Part shown: one piece after another, positions 9,533-18,089 of the stretch
How positions within the stretch are numbered: the first letter of the stretch is position 1
Layout of the letters: every line of letters starts with the position of its first letter
From: an uncultured Flavobacteriales bacterium
GTDB lineage: Bacteria > Bacteroidota > Bacteroidia > Flavobacteriales > TMED113
Assembly (NCBI GenBank): GCA_964435285.1
Contig: CAYSYA010000001.1
Coordinates: forward strand, 22,322-86,321
Reading direction: 5' to 3'
Length of the DNA: 64,000 bases
Program-made: the position numbers and the translations under genes
Notes under the pieces: generated by a model
Told to the model about the DNA's origin: nothing
The model's database searches: none
What the model saw: only the letters and a program-made list of their open reading frames with translations

Positions 9533-10939
9533 TTGAGAATTTTTACAAAAAATATAATATTAATAAACAGAGTAATAATTTTGCTCTCATTTATAGTTGT
9601 TTTAACTACTGTATTTTTAACTGCTAGTTTTTTTAAGGAACAGGAAAAAGTTGAAAAAAGACAAGTAATTGTTTTAGAAGAACTAAGAAAAGAAGAAAAT
9701 AAAAGAATTCAAATATGGGCAGATGCTGTTAGTCAAATGGCATCGATAAATATTGGTGAAACACTTGACCCTTGCGTTTTAGATATTTTAAAAAGTAATA
9801 ATACAATTCCAGCGATATGGTTAGGAGCAAATGGCGAACTTAAAGCACATAGAAATTTAAACACTAAGGAAATTCAATTAAAAAAATTAATTAAAGGACA
9901 AGAAAAAAAATTATTAGATCCTTCAAAAATAAAATTGTTAAATGATTCTTTAAAAATCATACAAGATAATTTTGAAAAAGAATTAAAAATAGACTCTATT
10001 TTAAATTATCAACTAAGCTTGATGAGGTATTCAATACCAATAAAAATAAAGTCAGCAAAAAAAGATAAATATGGAAATATTATTTTGGATGAATTTGAAA
10101 ACCCAATAACTCAAACAATAACTGATTATGTACATTATAGAGATTCATATGTAATAAAAGAATTTAATAATTTGTCAGATGATGGAAAAGTATTTGCTGA
10201 TAAACTTCAAAAATTACCCATTATAATCTTACTCGTAACAATTAGTATATTTTTAGTAGCATATCTTGCATTTTTTTATTCTAAGAAGTCACAACAAAAT
10301 AAATTATGGGCAGGTATTGCTAAGGAGACAGCTCATCAAATTGGAACACCATTATCTTCTTTAATGGGTTGGGTTGAGTATTTAAAAAATAAGAATATTG
10401 ATAAGCAAGTAATATTAGAAATTCAAAAAGATACGAGTCGCTTACAACAAATTGCAGATAGATTTTCAAAAATAGGGTCTAATACTTTATTAAAACCAGT
10501 AGAGGTTATTCCATTACTTGAAAAAACCATTGATTATGTAAAAAAAAGAGCGTCTCAAAAAATAAAATTTGAATTTTCAAGTGAAAAAGAACTTAATAAT
10601 CTTAAAGTTAATTTAAGCGCAGAGCTTTTTTCTTGGGTAGTAGAAAATGTTTTAAAAAATTCAATAGATTCATTACAAAATACAGGTCTAATTCGTGTTA
10701 ATTTTATAGTCAAAAATGACAAGTATTATATTATTGATATAATTGACAATGGAAAAGGTATTTCGTCTCATGAATTTAAAAAAATATTTGACCCAGGTTA
10801 TACGTCAAAAAAAAGAGGATGGGGCCTGGGATTATCTTTGTGTAAAAGAATAATTACGGAGTATCATATGGGCAAAATATATGTGCATAGATCAATACCA
10901 TTTAAAGAAACTATAATTCGAATTCTTTTAAAAAAATAA
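9533..10939 (+). CDS. sensor histidine kinase (two TM segments flanking an extracytoplasmic domain of about 200 aa); no response regulator nearby
   Basis: TTG start. H-box ETAHQIGTPLSSL, N-box ENVLKNSIDS, G1 DNGKGI, G2 GWGLGL. Confidence 0.8.
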   Translation: MRIFTKNIILINRVIILLSFIVVLTTVFLTASFFKEQEKVEKRQVIVLEELRKEENKRIQIWADAVSQMASINIGETLDPCVLDILKSNNTIPAIWLGANGELKAHRNLNTKEIQLKKLIKGQEKKLLDPSKIKLLNDSLKIIQDNFEKELKIDSILNYQLSLMRYSIPIKIKSAKKDKYGNIILDEFENPITQTITDYVHYRDSYVIKEFNNLSDDGKVFADKLQKLPIIILLVTISIFLVAYLAFFYSKKSQQNKLWAGIAKETAHQIGTPLSSLMGWVEYLKNKNIDKQVILEIQKDTSRLQQIADRFSKIGSNTLLKPVEVIPLLEKTIDYVKKRASQKIKFEFSSEKELNNLKVNLSAELFSWVVENVLKNSIDSLQNTGLIRVNFIVKNDKYYIIDIIDNGKGISSHEFKKIFDPGYTSKKRGWGLGLSLCKRIITEYHMGKIYVHRSIPFKETIIRILLKK

Positions 10940-10940
10940 A

Positions 10941-12068
10941 TTGGCAGGCATCTACATACATATACCATTTTGTCACAAAGCTTGTTATTATTGTGATTTT
11001 CATTTCTCAACTTCCCTAAGATTAAAGACAGAAATAGTTGGAGCTATTTGTAAAGAACTAAAATTGAAAAATAAATATTTAGGTTCTGGACCAGTTGAGA
11101 CTATATATTTTGGAGGGGGAACACCATCAATTTTAGAAGAAAAATATATAGCGAAAATTTTAAAAACTATATATAAATATTTTTCGATATCAAATTCATT
11201 AGAGTGTACATTTGAAGTGAATCCGAATGATTTGACAGTTGACAAAACACGTAACTTGATTAAATTAGGAGTGAATAGATTTAGTGTTGGGGCGCAATCA
11301 TTTGATGAGAACCAATTAAAATTATTAAATAGATCTCATACAAGTAATCAAATTGAAAGAAGTATTAAATTAATACAAGATTTAGGAGTTAATAATATTA
11401 ATATTGACCTAATGTATGGAACTCCAAATTTAAAAAATAAATTATGGGAAAATAATTTAATTAAAGCAGTTTCTTTAAACGTCACTCATATGTCTTGTTA
11501 TTGCTTAACTATTGAAAAAGGAACGGTTTTTCATAAAATGGTTAATTCAGGAAATCTAAAATTAGTCTCAGATGATGATATTAAATTACAGTTTTTAACA
11601 ATGAGGGATATTTTAAAAAGAAATAATTTTATTCATTATGAAATTTCTAATTTTTGCATTCCTTCTTTTGAGTCTAAACATAATAGCTCTTATTGGAAAG
11701 GTAAAAATTATTTAGGTGTTGGTCCATCTGCTCATTCATTCAATGGAAAAAAAAGACATTGGAATATAAATAACAATTATAAATATATAGATGCTTTAAA
11801 CAATGACAACAACTATTTTGAGGAAGAAATTCTAACAAAAAAAAATATTGCTAATGAATATATTTTAACAAACATTAGAACTAATAAAGGATTAGCTAGA
11901 AATATACTGTCTAGATTGACCAATAATATTGAGTACAGTAAATTAATGAGTCAATTAGATAAATTAATTAATGATAGTTTAATTATTAATAAAAAAGACC
12001 GATTCTATTTAACTCAAAATGGAATGATTTTATGTGATAAGATCACAACTGATTTATTTTTAGCTTAA
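10941..12068 (+). CDS. hemW: radical SAM heme chaperone HemW (HemN-like, oxygen-independent coproporphyrinogen oxidase family)
   Basis: TTG start giving MAGIYIHIPFCHKACYYCDF (CxxxCxxC radical-SAM motif). 375 aa. Confidence 0.85.
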   Translation: MAGIYIHIPFCHKACYYCDFHFSTSLRLKTEIVGAICKELKLKNKYLGSGPVETIYFGGGTPSILEEKYIAKILKTIYKYFSISNSLECTFEVNPNDLTVDKTRNLIKLGVNRFSVGAQSFDENQLKLLNRSHTSNQIERSIKLIQDLGVNNINIDLMYGTPNLKNKLWENNLIKAVSLNVTHMSCYCLTIEKGTVFHKMVNSGNLKLVSDDDIKLQFLTMRDILKRNNFIHYEISNFCIPSFESKHNSSYWKGKNYLGVGPSAHSFNGKKRHWNINNNYKYIDALNNDNNYFEEEILTKKNIANEYILTNIRTNKGLARNILSRLTNNIEYSKLMSQLDKLINDSLIINKKDRFYLTQNGMILCDKITTDLFLA

Positions 12069-12095
12069 TTTTGAAAAAAGATTAATAAATCTAAA

Positions 12096-12848
12096 ATGAA
12101 ATTCTATTCGCACTTAACTAACAGGAAAATTAGTATAGACTTTAATTCACCAATTGATATTTCTATTCCTTTATCATTTACAAAAAAAAATTTAAATGCT
12201 TGGGGGATCAATCAAGCAAATAAAAGTCCTGTTGTAATTGGAGATTGGGTTGGAAACATTAAACAAGGAGGTCCTGTAAATTTTAATAACATTTGGTTTA
12301 ACCCGCATGCGCATGTTACTCATACAGAATGCTTTGGTCATATAAGTATTAATGAGGAAAGTATTAATGATATTAAAAATTCTTATTTTTTATTTGCTAA
12401 GTTAGTTTCAGTTAAATTGAAAAAGAAATCTAAAGATTTAGTGATAACAAAGGAGTCACTATATAATAAATTAAATAATCAATTTCAATTCGAAACATTA
12501 ATTATAAGGACTTTACCTAATAAAAACTCCAAGAATTATATGGATTACTCTAATCAAAACCCACCATATATGACTAAAGAGTGTATGTTATATATAAAAA
12601 AATTAGGTGTAAAGAATCTTTTAATTGATCTTCCGTCCGTTGATAAAGAAAAAGATGGTGGGCAGGTTGAAAATCACAAGTTATTCTTCGATTTTTCATC
12701 CGGAGGAAATAGTAATACACTAACTGAGTTAGTTTATATTTCTGATGAAATTATAGACGGTGATTATTATTTAAATCTCCAAATTATGCCTATAGAAAAT
12801 GATGCAGCTCCATCAAGACCAATTTTATTTAAAATAAATTATTTATAA
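12096..12848 (+). CDS. cyclase-family metal hydrolase (possible kynurenine formamidase-like)
   Basis: 250 aa. NPHAHVTHTECFGH resembles the HxGTHxDxPxH motif of the putative-cyclase/KynB family, and there is a later DLPSVD...ENH. The assignment is by eye only. Confidence 0.5.
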   Translation: MKFYSHLTNRKISIDFNSPIDISIPLSFTKKNLNAWGINQANKSPVVIGDWVGNIKQGGPVNFNNIWFNPHAHVTHTECFGHISINEESINDIKNSYFLFAKLVSVKLKKKSKDLVITKESLYNKLNNQFQFETLIIRTLPNKNSKNYMDYSNQNPPYMTKECMLYIKKLGVKNLLIDLPSVDKEKDGGQVENHKLFFDFSSGGNSNTLTELVYISDEIIDGDYYLNLQIMPIENDAAPSRPILFKINYL

Positions 12849-12849
12849 A

Positions 12850-14781
12850 ATGTTAAAAAAATATTGTGATAGTTTAATTAAGTATTCAAGGTGGAAAACC
12901 AGAGAGGTCTTAGTCGGAAAATTAGGAATAGGTGGGGATAATCCTATTAGAGTTCAGTCAATGACTACTACCGATACAATGAATACAAAAGCAACAGTAG
13001 AAGAGTGTATTAGAATGATTAATGCTGGGTGCGAGTTAATTAGAATAACTGCTCCAAGTAAAAAAGATGCCGAGAATCTTAAAAATATTAAAGACTTACT
13101 TATAAAAAAAGGTTATGATATTCCACTTGTGGCAGATATCCATTATACACCTAATGCTGCAGAAATAGCAGCCCAATATGTTGAGAAAGTAAGAATTAAC
13201 CCGGGAAATTATGCTGACAAAAAAAATTTTAAAAAACTTGTTTATAGTAATCTTGAATACAAAAATGAATTAGATAGAGTAAAAATTAAGTTTACACCTC
13301 TTGTTAAAATATGTAAAAAACACAAAACCGTCTTAAGAATAGGTACAAATCACGGCTCTTTATCTGATAGGATTTTAAGTCGTTATGGTGATACGCCAAA
13401 GGGAATGGTAGAGTCAGCAATGGAGTTTGTTAGAATTTGCCATCAAGAAAATTTTCATGATTTAGTTTTATCAATGAAGTCATCAAATCCTAAAGTAATG
13501 ATACAAGCATATAGACTTTTAGTTTTTCAAATGATAAAGGAGGGCATGAATTACCCATTGCATTTAGGGGTAACTGAGGCTGGAGACGGAATTGATGGTA
13601 GAGTTAAATCTGCAGTAGGAATTGGTACATTATTGGAAGATGGTTTAGGAGATACGATTAGAGTTTCTTTAACTGAGCCACCAGAAAATGAAATTCCAGT
13701 TGCAAAGATTATTTTAAATCACTTTGTTAACAGAGACAATAAAAATAAAATACCAATAATTAATAAATATAATTATGATCCATTTTCTTATAAAAAAAGA
13801 TTAACTAAATCTGTAAGTAACATTGGAGCTTCATGCCCACCAGTTGTTTTATCAGATTTTTCAAAGAAAAAAAATATTTCCCCAGCATCTTTTTTTTCTG
13901 TTGGATATAAATACTCATTTAAATTAGATAAATGGAATATTTCAGACCAAGCTTGTGATTATGTATTTCTTGGCAATAATGATTTAGTCTTTGAGGTTCC
14001 GGGAACCTTAGGTTTAGTATATAATTATTCAAAATGGTTACTAAAAGAAAAAGGCTTTCCGTATTTAAATGTAGATGAATATTTGTCAGCTACTAAGTTG
14101 TCAAAAAAAATAAACTTTATAAACATTTACTTATCTGAGTTAAGCACTAAACTTATTTCAAAACTGAAAAAAGATAAAGCAAGTGTATTAGTTGTTAACA
14201 CAAATAATAGTAACGCTTATGCAGAAATAAGAAGATTTTTTTTAGAATTAATTGAAAACAATATTTCTGTTCCTGTAATTCTTAGAAAAAATTTTAATGA
14301 AACGTTGAATAAAGAAAAATTACAAATTTATTCATCCATTGATGTTGGAGGTGTGTTTTGCGATGGTTTTGGAGATGGAATATTTTTAACTTCTGGAAAC
14401 AAATTAGATATTCATAATTTAAACAAAATTTCTTTTGCAATTCTTCAAGCAACTCGAAATAGAATTTCAAAAACAGAGTATATTTCCTGTCCTTCATGTG
14501 GAAGAACCTTATTTGATTTACAAGAAACTACAGAAAAAATTAGAGTTGCTACATCACATTTAAAGGGGCTAAAAATTGGAATTATGGGATGTATAGTTAA
14601 CGGTCCTGGCGAAATGGCAGATGCAGATTATGGTTATGTAGGATCAGGAATAAAGAAAGTTACTTTATATAAAGGTCAACAAGTGGTGAAGCGAAACGTG
14701 CCAACAGAAAATGCATTAGAAGAGTTAATTGATTTAATTAAAGTTAATGGAGATTGGAAAGTTAAGCATCAAAATCAATAG
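12850..14781 (+). CDS. ispG: 4-hydroxy-3-methylbut-2-enyl diphosphate synthase, long form with insert domain
   Basis: 643 aa. N-terminal TIM-barrel part (RVQSMTTTDT, RINPGN) and C-terminal 4Fe-4S part (CPSCGRT, GCIVNGPGE), separated by an insert of about 270 aa as in the Bacteroidota/plant-type enzyme. Confidence 0.93.
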   Translation: MLKKYCDSLIKYSRWKTREVLVGKLGIGGDNPIRVQSMTTTDTMNTKATVEECIRMINAGCELIRITAPSKKDAENLKNIKDLLIKKGYDIPLVADIHYTPNAAEIAAQYVEKVRINPGNYADKKNFKKLVYSNLEYKNELDRVKIKFTPLVKICKKHKTVLRIGTNHGSLSDRILSRYGDTPKGMVESAMEFVRICHQENFHDLVLSMKSSNPKVMIQAYRLLVFQMIKEGMNYPLHLGVTEAGDGIDGRVKSAVGIGTLLEDGLGDTIRVSLTEPPENEIPVAKIILNHFVNRDNKNKIPIINKYNYDPFSYKKRLTKSVSNIGASCPPVVLSDFSKKKNISPASFFSVGYKYSFKLDKWNISDQACDYVFLGNNDLVFEVPGTLGLVYNYSKWLLKEKGFPYLNVDEYLSATKLSKKINFINIYLSELSTKLISKLKKDKASVLVVNTNNSNAYAEIRRFFLELIENNISVPVILRKNFNETLNKEKLQIYSSIDVGGVFCDGFGDGIFLTSGNKLDIHNLNKISFAILQATRNRISKTEYISCPSCGRTLFDLQETTEKIRVATSHLKGLKIGIMGCIVNGPGEMADADYGYVGSGIKKVTLYKGQQVVKRNVPTENALEELIDLIKVNGDWKVKHQNQ

Positions 14782-16249
14782 ATTCATAATCAGGATATTT
14801 AATTTTATTTAATTCTTTAATCCATTTATTTTTCTTCAAGTTAAACTCATTCAAATTATTTTCTTTAATTGGTTCTGAGGGAGGTAAATTTTCTTTAAAC
14901 GGATCAACTTGTTTTCCATTTTTCCAAAATCGATAACAAACGTGAGGTCCAGTTGCTAGTCCTGTTTGTCCTACAAAACCAATTATATCTCCTTGTTTAA
15001 TTTTTTTTCCAACTGAGATTCCATTTTTTTTCCAATAGTTTACACTTTTTTTCTGCATATGCAGATACTGAGTTTCGTACGTACTATTATGTCTAATTTT
15101 GACATAATAACCATTGTATTTTTTATATTGAGCTGCAGTAACTACTCCGTCAGCAGTACTAAAAATAGGAGACCCACTTTCAGCAGCAAAATCGGTTCCA
15201 AAGTGGGGCGTTACTCGTCCTGTAACAGGATGCCTTCTGTTCTTACTATATTTTGATGATATTCTTCTAAAATCTACTGGTGCCTGTAGAAAGAAGTTCC
15301 TCAGGTTATTTCCATTCTGATTAAAGTAATCATTATATTTTTGGTTAGAGTTTTCTTTAAATGGAATAGCATAATAGTCTTCGCCTTTGTGATTAAATAC
15401 TGATGCAAAAACATTTTCAATTTTTATGAATTCATCATTTATGTATTTAGCCTCATAAATTATTTTAAATTTATCATTGGGATTCAAGTGCGTGAATCTA
15501 ATAGTCCACGGATAAATTTTATCAGCTAAAACCGAGACCACTGCTTCGGTTTCTAAAGAAGAGTCAACAACATCATTAACTGCTTGCCATAAATGACTTG
15601 TAATTATTCCAGACAATTCGTGTTTTTTAATTACGTGTGGTCTATTTTGAATTTGACTTTTTGAAAAATCATTAAAGTCAATAATTAGATAGCTAGATTT
15701 GTTTAATTCATAGCACATGTAGGCAAGCTTATTATTTTCATAAAATATTAGGCTGTATTTATCTTTAGGTTTTATTTTATTAAAGTTGAATAAGTTTCTG
15801 GTTTTTAAAATATTATCTAGGTTATAAATTTCCTTATTAGAAATATTAAATTCCTTCAAAATAGTTGTAATATTTTCATTTTTCATCACCTCTTTCTCCA
15901 AGCATTTATTTACATCTATGTTTTTATTAAATAATTTATTTTCAATAATCACTTCTCTTGAAAATTTATACAAAGGGTTTAATTGAGAAAAATCTGGTTT
16001 GGTTTCAGTTTTTTGTTTTGATTCAATTTTTTTGATTTCAACTTCTACTTCCCCTATATTTTTTTCGGTATTAATAGTTTTAAGAGCTATAATAAAAAAA
16101 ACAGGACAAAATAATACCAATGATGTATATATAAGATTTTTTTTTAATGTTTTAATTCCAAAACTAAACACCTTTAATAAGAGTAAAATCAAAGGTATAA
16201 TAGAAATTATTAATAAAATCTTAATAATTAAGTATCCTAAACTATTCAT
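14762..16249 (-). CDS. M23 family metallopeptidase, N-terminally membrane-anchored
   Basis: 495 aa with HFGTDFAA (HxxxD) and YLHMQK...GLATGPHVCY motifs, plus N-terminal TM segments. Confidence 0.85.
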   Translation of the reverse strand: MNSLGYLIIKILLIISIIPLILLLLKVFSFGIKTLKKNLIYTSLVLFCPVFFIIALKTINTEKNIGEVEVEIKKIESKQKTETKPDFSQLNPLYKFSREVIIENKLFNKNIDVNKCLEKEVMKNENITTILKEFNISNKEIYNLDNILKTRNLFNFNKIKPKDKYSLIFYENNKLAYMCYELNKSSYLIIDFNDFSKSQIQNRPHVIKKHELSGIITSHLWQAVNDVVDSSLETEAVVSVLADKIYPWTIRFTHLNPNDKFKIIYEAKYINDEFIKIENVFASVFNHKGEDYYAIPFKENSNQKYNDYFNQNGNNLRNFFLQAPVDFRRISSKYSKNRRHPVTGRVTPHFGTDFAAESGSPIFSTADGVVTAAQYKKYNGYYVKIRHNSTYETQYLHMQKKSVNYWKKNGISVGKKIKQGDIIGFVGQTGLATGPHVCYRFWKNGKQVDPFKENLPPSEPIKENNLNEFNLKKNKWIKELNKIKYPDYESIDFDA

Positions 16250-17210
16250 GTAATTGTTTTTTTAACCAACTTTTCCCCCATTCTTTTTTCTCTTTCTTAC
16301 TCCAAATTTCAGGATAAAATATAATTTTTTGAAACCTTGGTGGCAAATATTCTTCCCAGTTAGTCCCCCCTGTAGCCTTAATTATTCCCTTGTTTTTGAG
16401 ATGTTTTATTGCTGATTTCAAATGAGATAATTTCCATTTAACATTAACATTATGGTCAAATTCTTTTAGAAGTTCATGTAATTCATTTTGTTTTTCTTTG
16501 GTCAATTTTAATTCTTTGAATTTACACCAAATTGTTTTTCCATTTAGGTTTTCGGCTAACTCACTTAGTTGCTTATTATATTTTTTTTGAAATTGACTTA
16601 AAGTATAAGTTTTTTTTCCGCTTTTTAAATCCGTAGCTCCTTTTGACCAATAAATATTTTGAATTCCTTGTTTTTTATTATTTGTTTTTGATAACAAGTT
16701 TTTAAAAGGAGTAGCGTATAATTCAATAATTCTAAATTGAACACTTTGAAACCCGCTACCTGGTAAAAGGCTCATTCTGAACTTTGTAAATTCATTTCTA
16801 TCCATTCCATTGATCATTATTTCAAAAGAGTTAATTAAGTTCTCAAAATAATTATTTACTCTGACGATTCTAGACTTAAAAAAACTAAATGTGATTTTTG
16901 TGTTCCAGCCCAAATCTTCTCCGTTCGGTTTAATTTTTTTTCCGTTATTAGAGATTTGTTCTAGTTCATTAATTATTAATTTAAAATATAACTCAGTTAT
17001 TTGGTGGTATATTATAAATATATTCTCATCTGGAAAGTCTGTTTTGGGAGTTTGTAAAGTTAATAATGTGTCTAAATGAATATAATCCCAATAACTCAAA
17101 TAATCTGCGTATAATAGGCCTTCAAGGTAAGAGGGTAAGTCTTGGCCAGTAGTAGAATATTTTTCAGCTAATTTATTTATTTTTTCTTCTACTTCTTTAT
17201 TTATAGACAT
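16242..17210 (-). CDS. kynA: tryptophan 2,3-dioxygenase
   Basis: 322 aa. SYWDYIHLDTLLTLQTP...IIYHQITELYFKLI is typical of the TDO family. Confidence 0.85.
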   Translation of the reverse strand: MSINKEVEEKINKLAEKYSTTGQDLPSYLEGLLYADYLSYWDYIHLDTLLTLQTPKTDFPDENIFIIYHQITELYFKLIINELEQISNNGKKIKPNGEDLGWNTKITFSFFKSRIVRVNNYFENLINSFEIMINGMDRNEFTKFRMSLLPGSGFQSVQFRIIELYATPFKNLLSKTNNKKQGIQNIYWSKGATDLKSGKKTYTLSQFQKKYNKQLSELAENLNGKTIWCKFKELKLTKEKQNELHELLKEFDHNVNVKWKLSHLKSAIKHLKNKGIIKATGGTNWEEYLPPRFQKIIFYPEIWSKKEKKEWGKSWLKKQLHE

Positions 17211-17260
17211 ATCTTAAAAAATCTTATTGTTAAAATAAGATATTTATTGACAATTAATAA

Positions 17261-18088
17261 TTAATTATCTTTTAAGTTTTCAACAGAAAGAATTTCAATA
17301 TAAATAGAGCCTACTTTAATAGGTGATTCAACTTTGATTGGAATATGTCTATCATCGTTTGTTACCCAAATAAAAGCAGGTTTTCTTCCGGAAAAAATTC
17401 TATTTCTTTCAGTTTTAATCTTACATTTTATTGCCTCAATTTTTCCAATTTTTGTGTTTATAGTTTCTAATTCAATGGGAATGAAGTATGTATCTATTAA
17501 CTTTTTTTTCTCTAAATCAAAAATTTCAAGTAATGTAGTATCTTTTAAAGTTATGCTTTTATTTGGAATATTTCTACAGGCAAAAAGTGCGGAAAGAACA
17601 TCTTGAGTATATTTAGAAATTTTTTCTTTTGAATAATCTTTAGTAATTAAATTCTCACAAATAGCATAATTTAAATCTCTATTAAAATAAACTTCTTGTT
17701 TTGCTTCAAATTTATCTTCATGGATGTTTCTTGAAAATTTTAATGAAACAAGTTCGATGGTGTCAAGGTATGATTCAAATACATCATTAACTTCGTAAAA
17801 TAGGCTAAACAGTTTACTTGATTTTCCACTAGCTTTTAATTTCAAGCAATCTCTACCGTTAATTTTCTCTATTCCTTGAACCTCAATTTTACCATATCCT
17901 GCTGTAATAATGCCTTTTTTATTACTTTTTCCGTATGAAAACTTGTATTTTATGCTTTCACCTTCAAAAAAATGCAATTTTTTAAATTTTTTGTCTATAA
18001 AATTATTAAAAGTTGAATTTTTTTGACTAAATGAACAAGAAAGGGATAAATAAATTAAAAAAATTAGAATTTTTTTTAAAAAAATCAT
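17261..18088 (-). CDS. DUF3108-like exported protein
   Basis: 275 aa with a signal peptide. The pattern GESIKYKFSYG...AGYGKIEV...LKASGKSSKLFSLFYEVNDVFESYLD fits DUF3108 by eye. Confidence 0.55.
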   Translation of the reverse strand: MIFLKKILIFLIYLSLSCSFSQKNSTFNNFIDKKFKKLHFFEGESIKYKFSYGKSNKKGIITAGYGKIEVQGIEKINGRDCLKLKASGKSSKLFSLFYEVNDVFESYLDTIELVSLKFSRNIHEDKFEAKQEVYFNRDLNYAICENLITKDYSKEKISKYTQDVLSALFACRNIPNKSITLKDTTLLEIFDLEKKKLIDTYFIPIELETINTKIGKIEAIKCKIKTERNRIFSGRKPAFIWVTNDDRHIPIKVESPIKVGSIYIEILSVENLKDN

Positions 18089-18089
18089 A

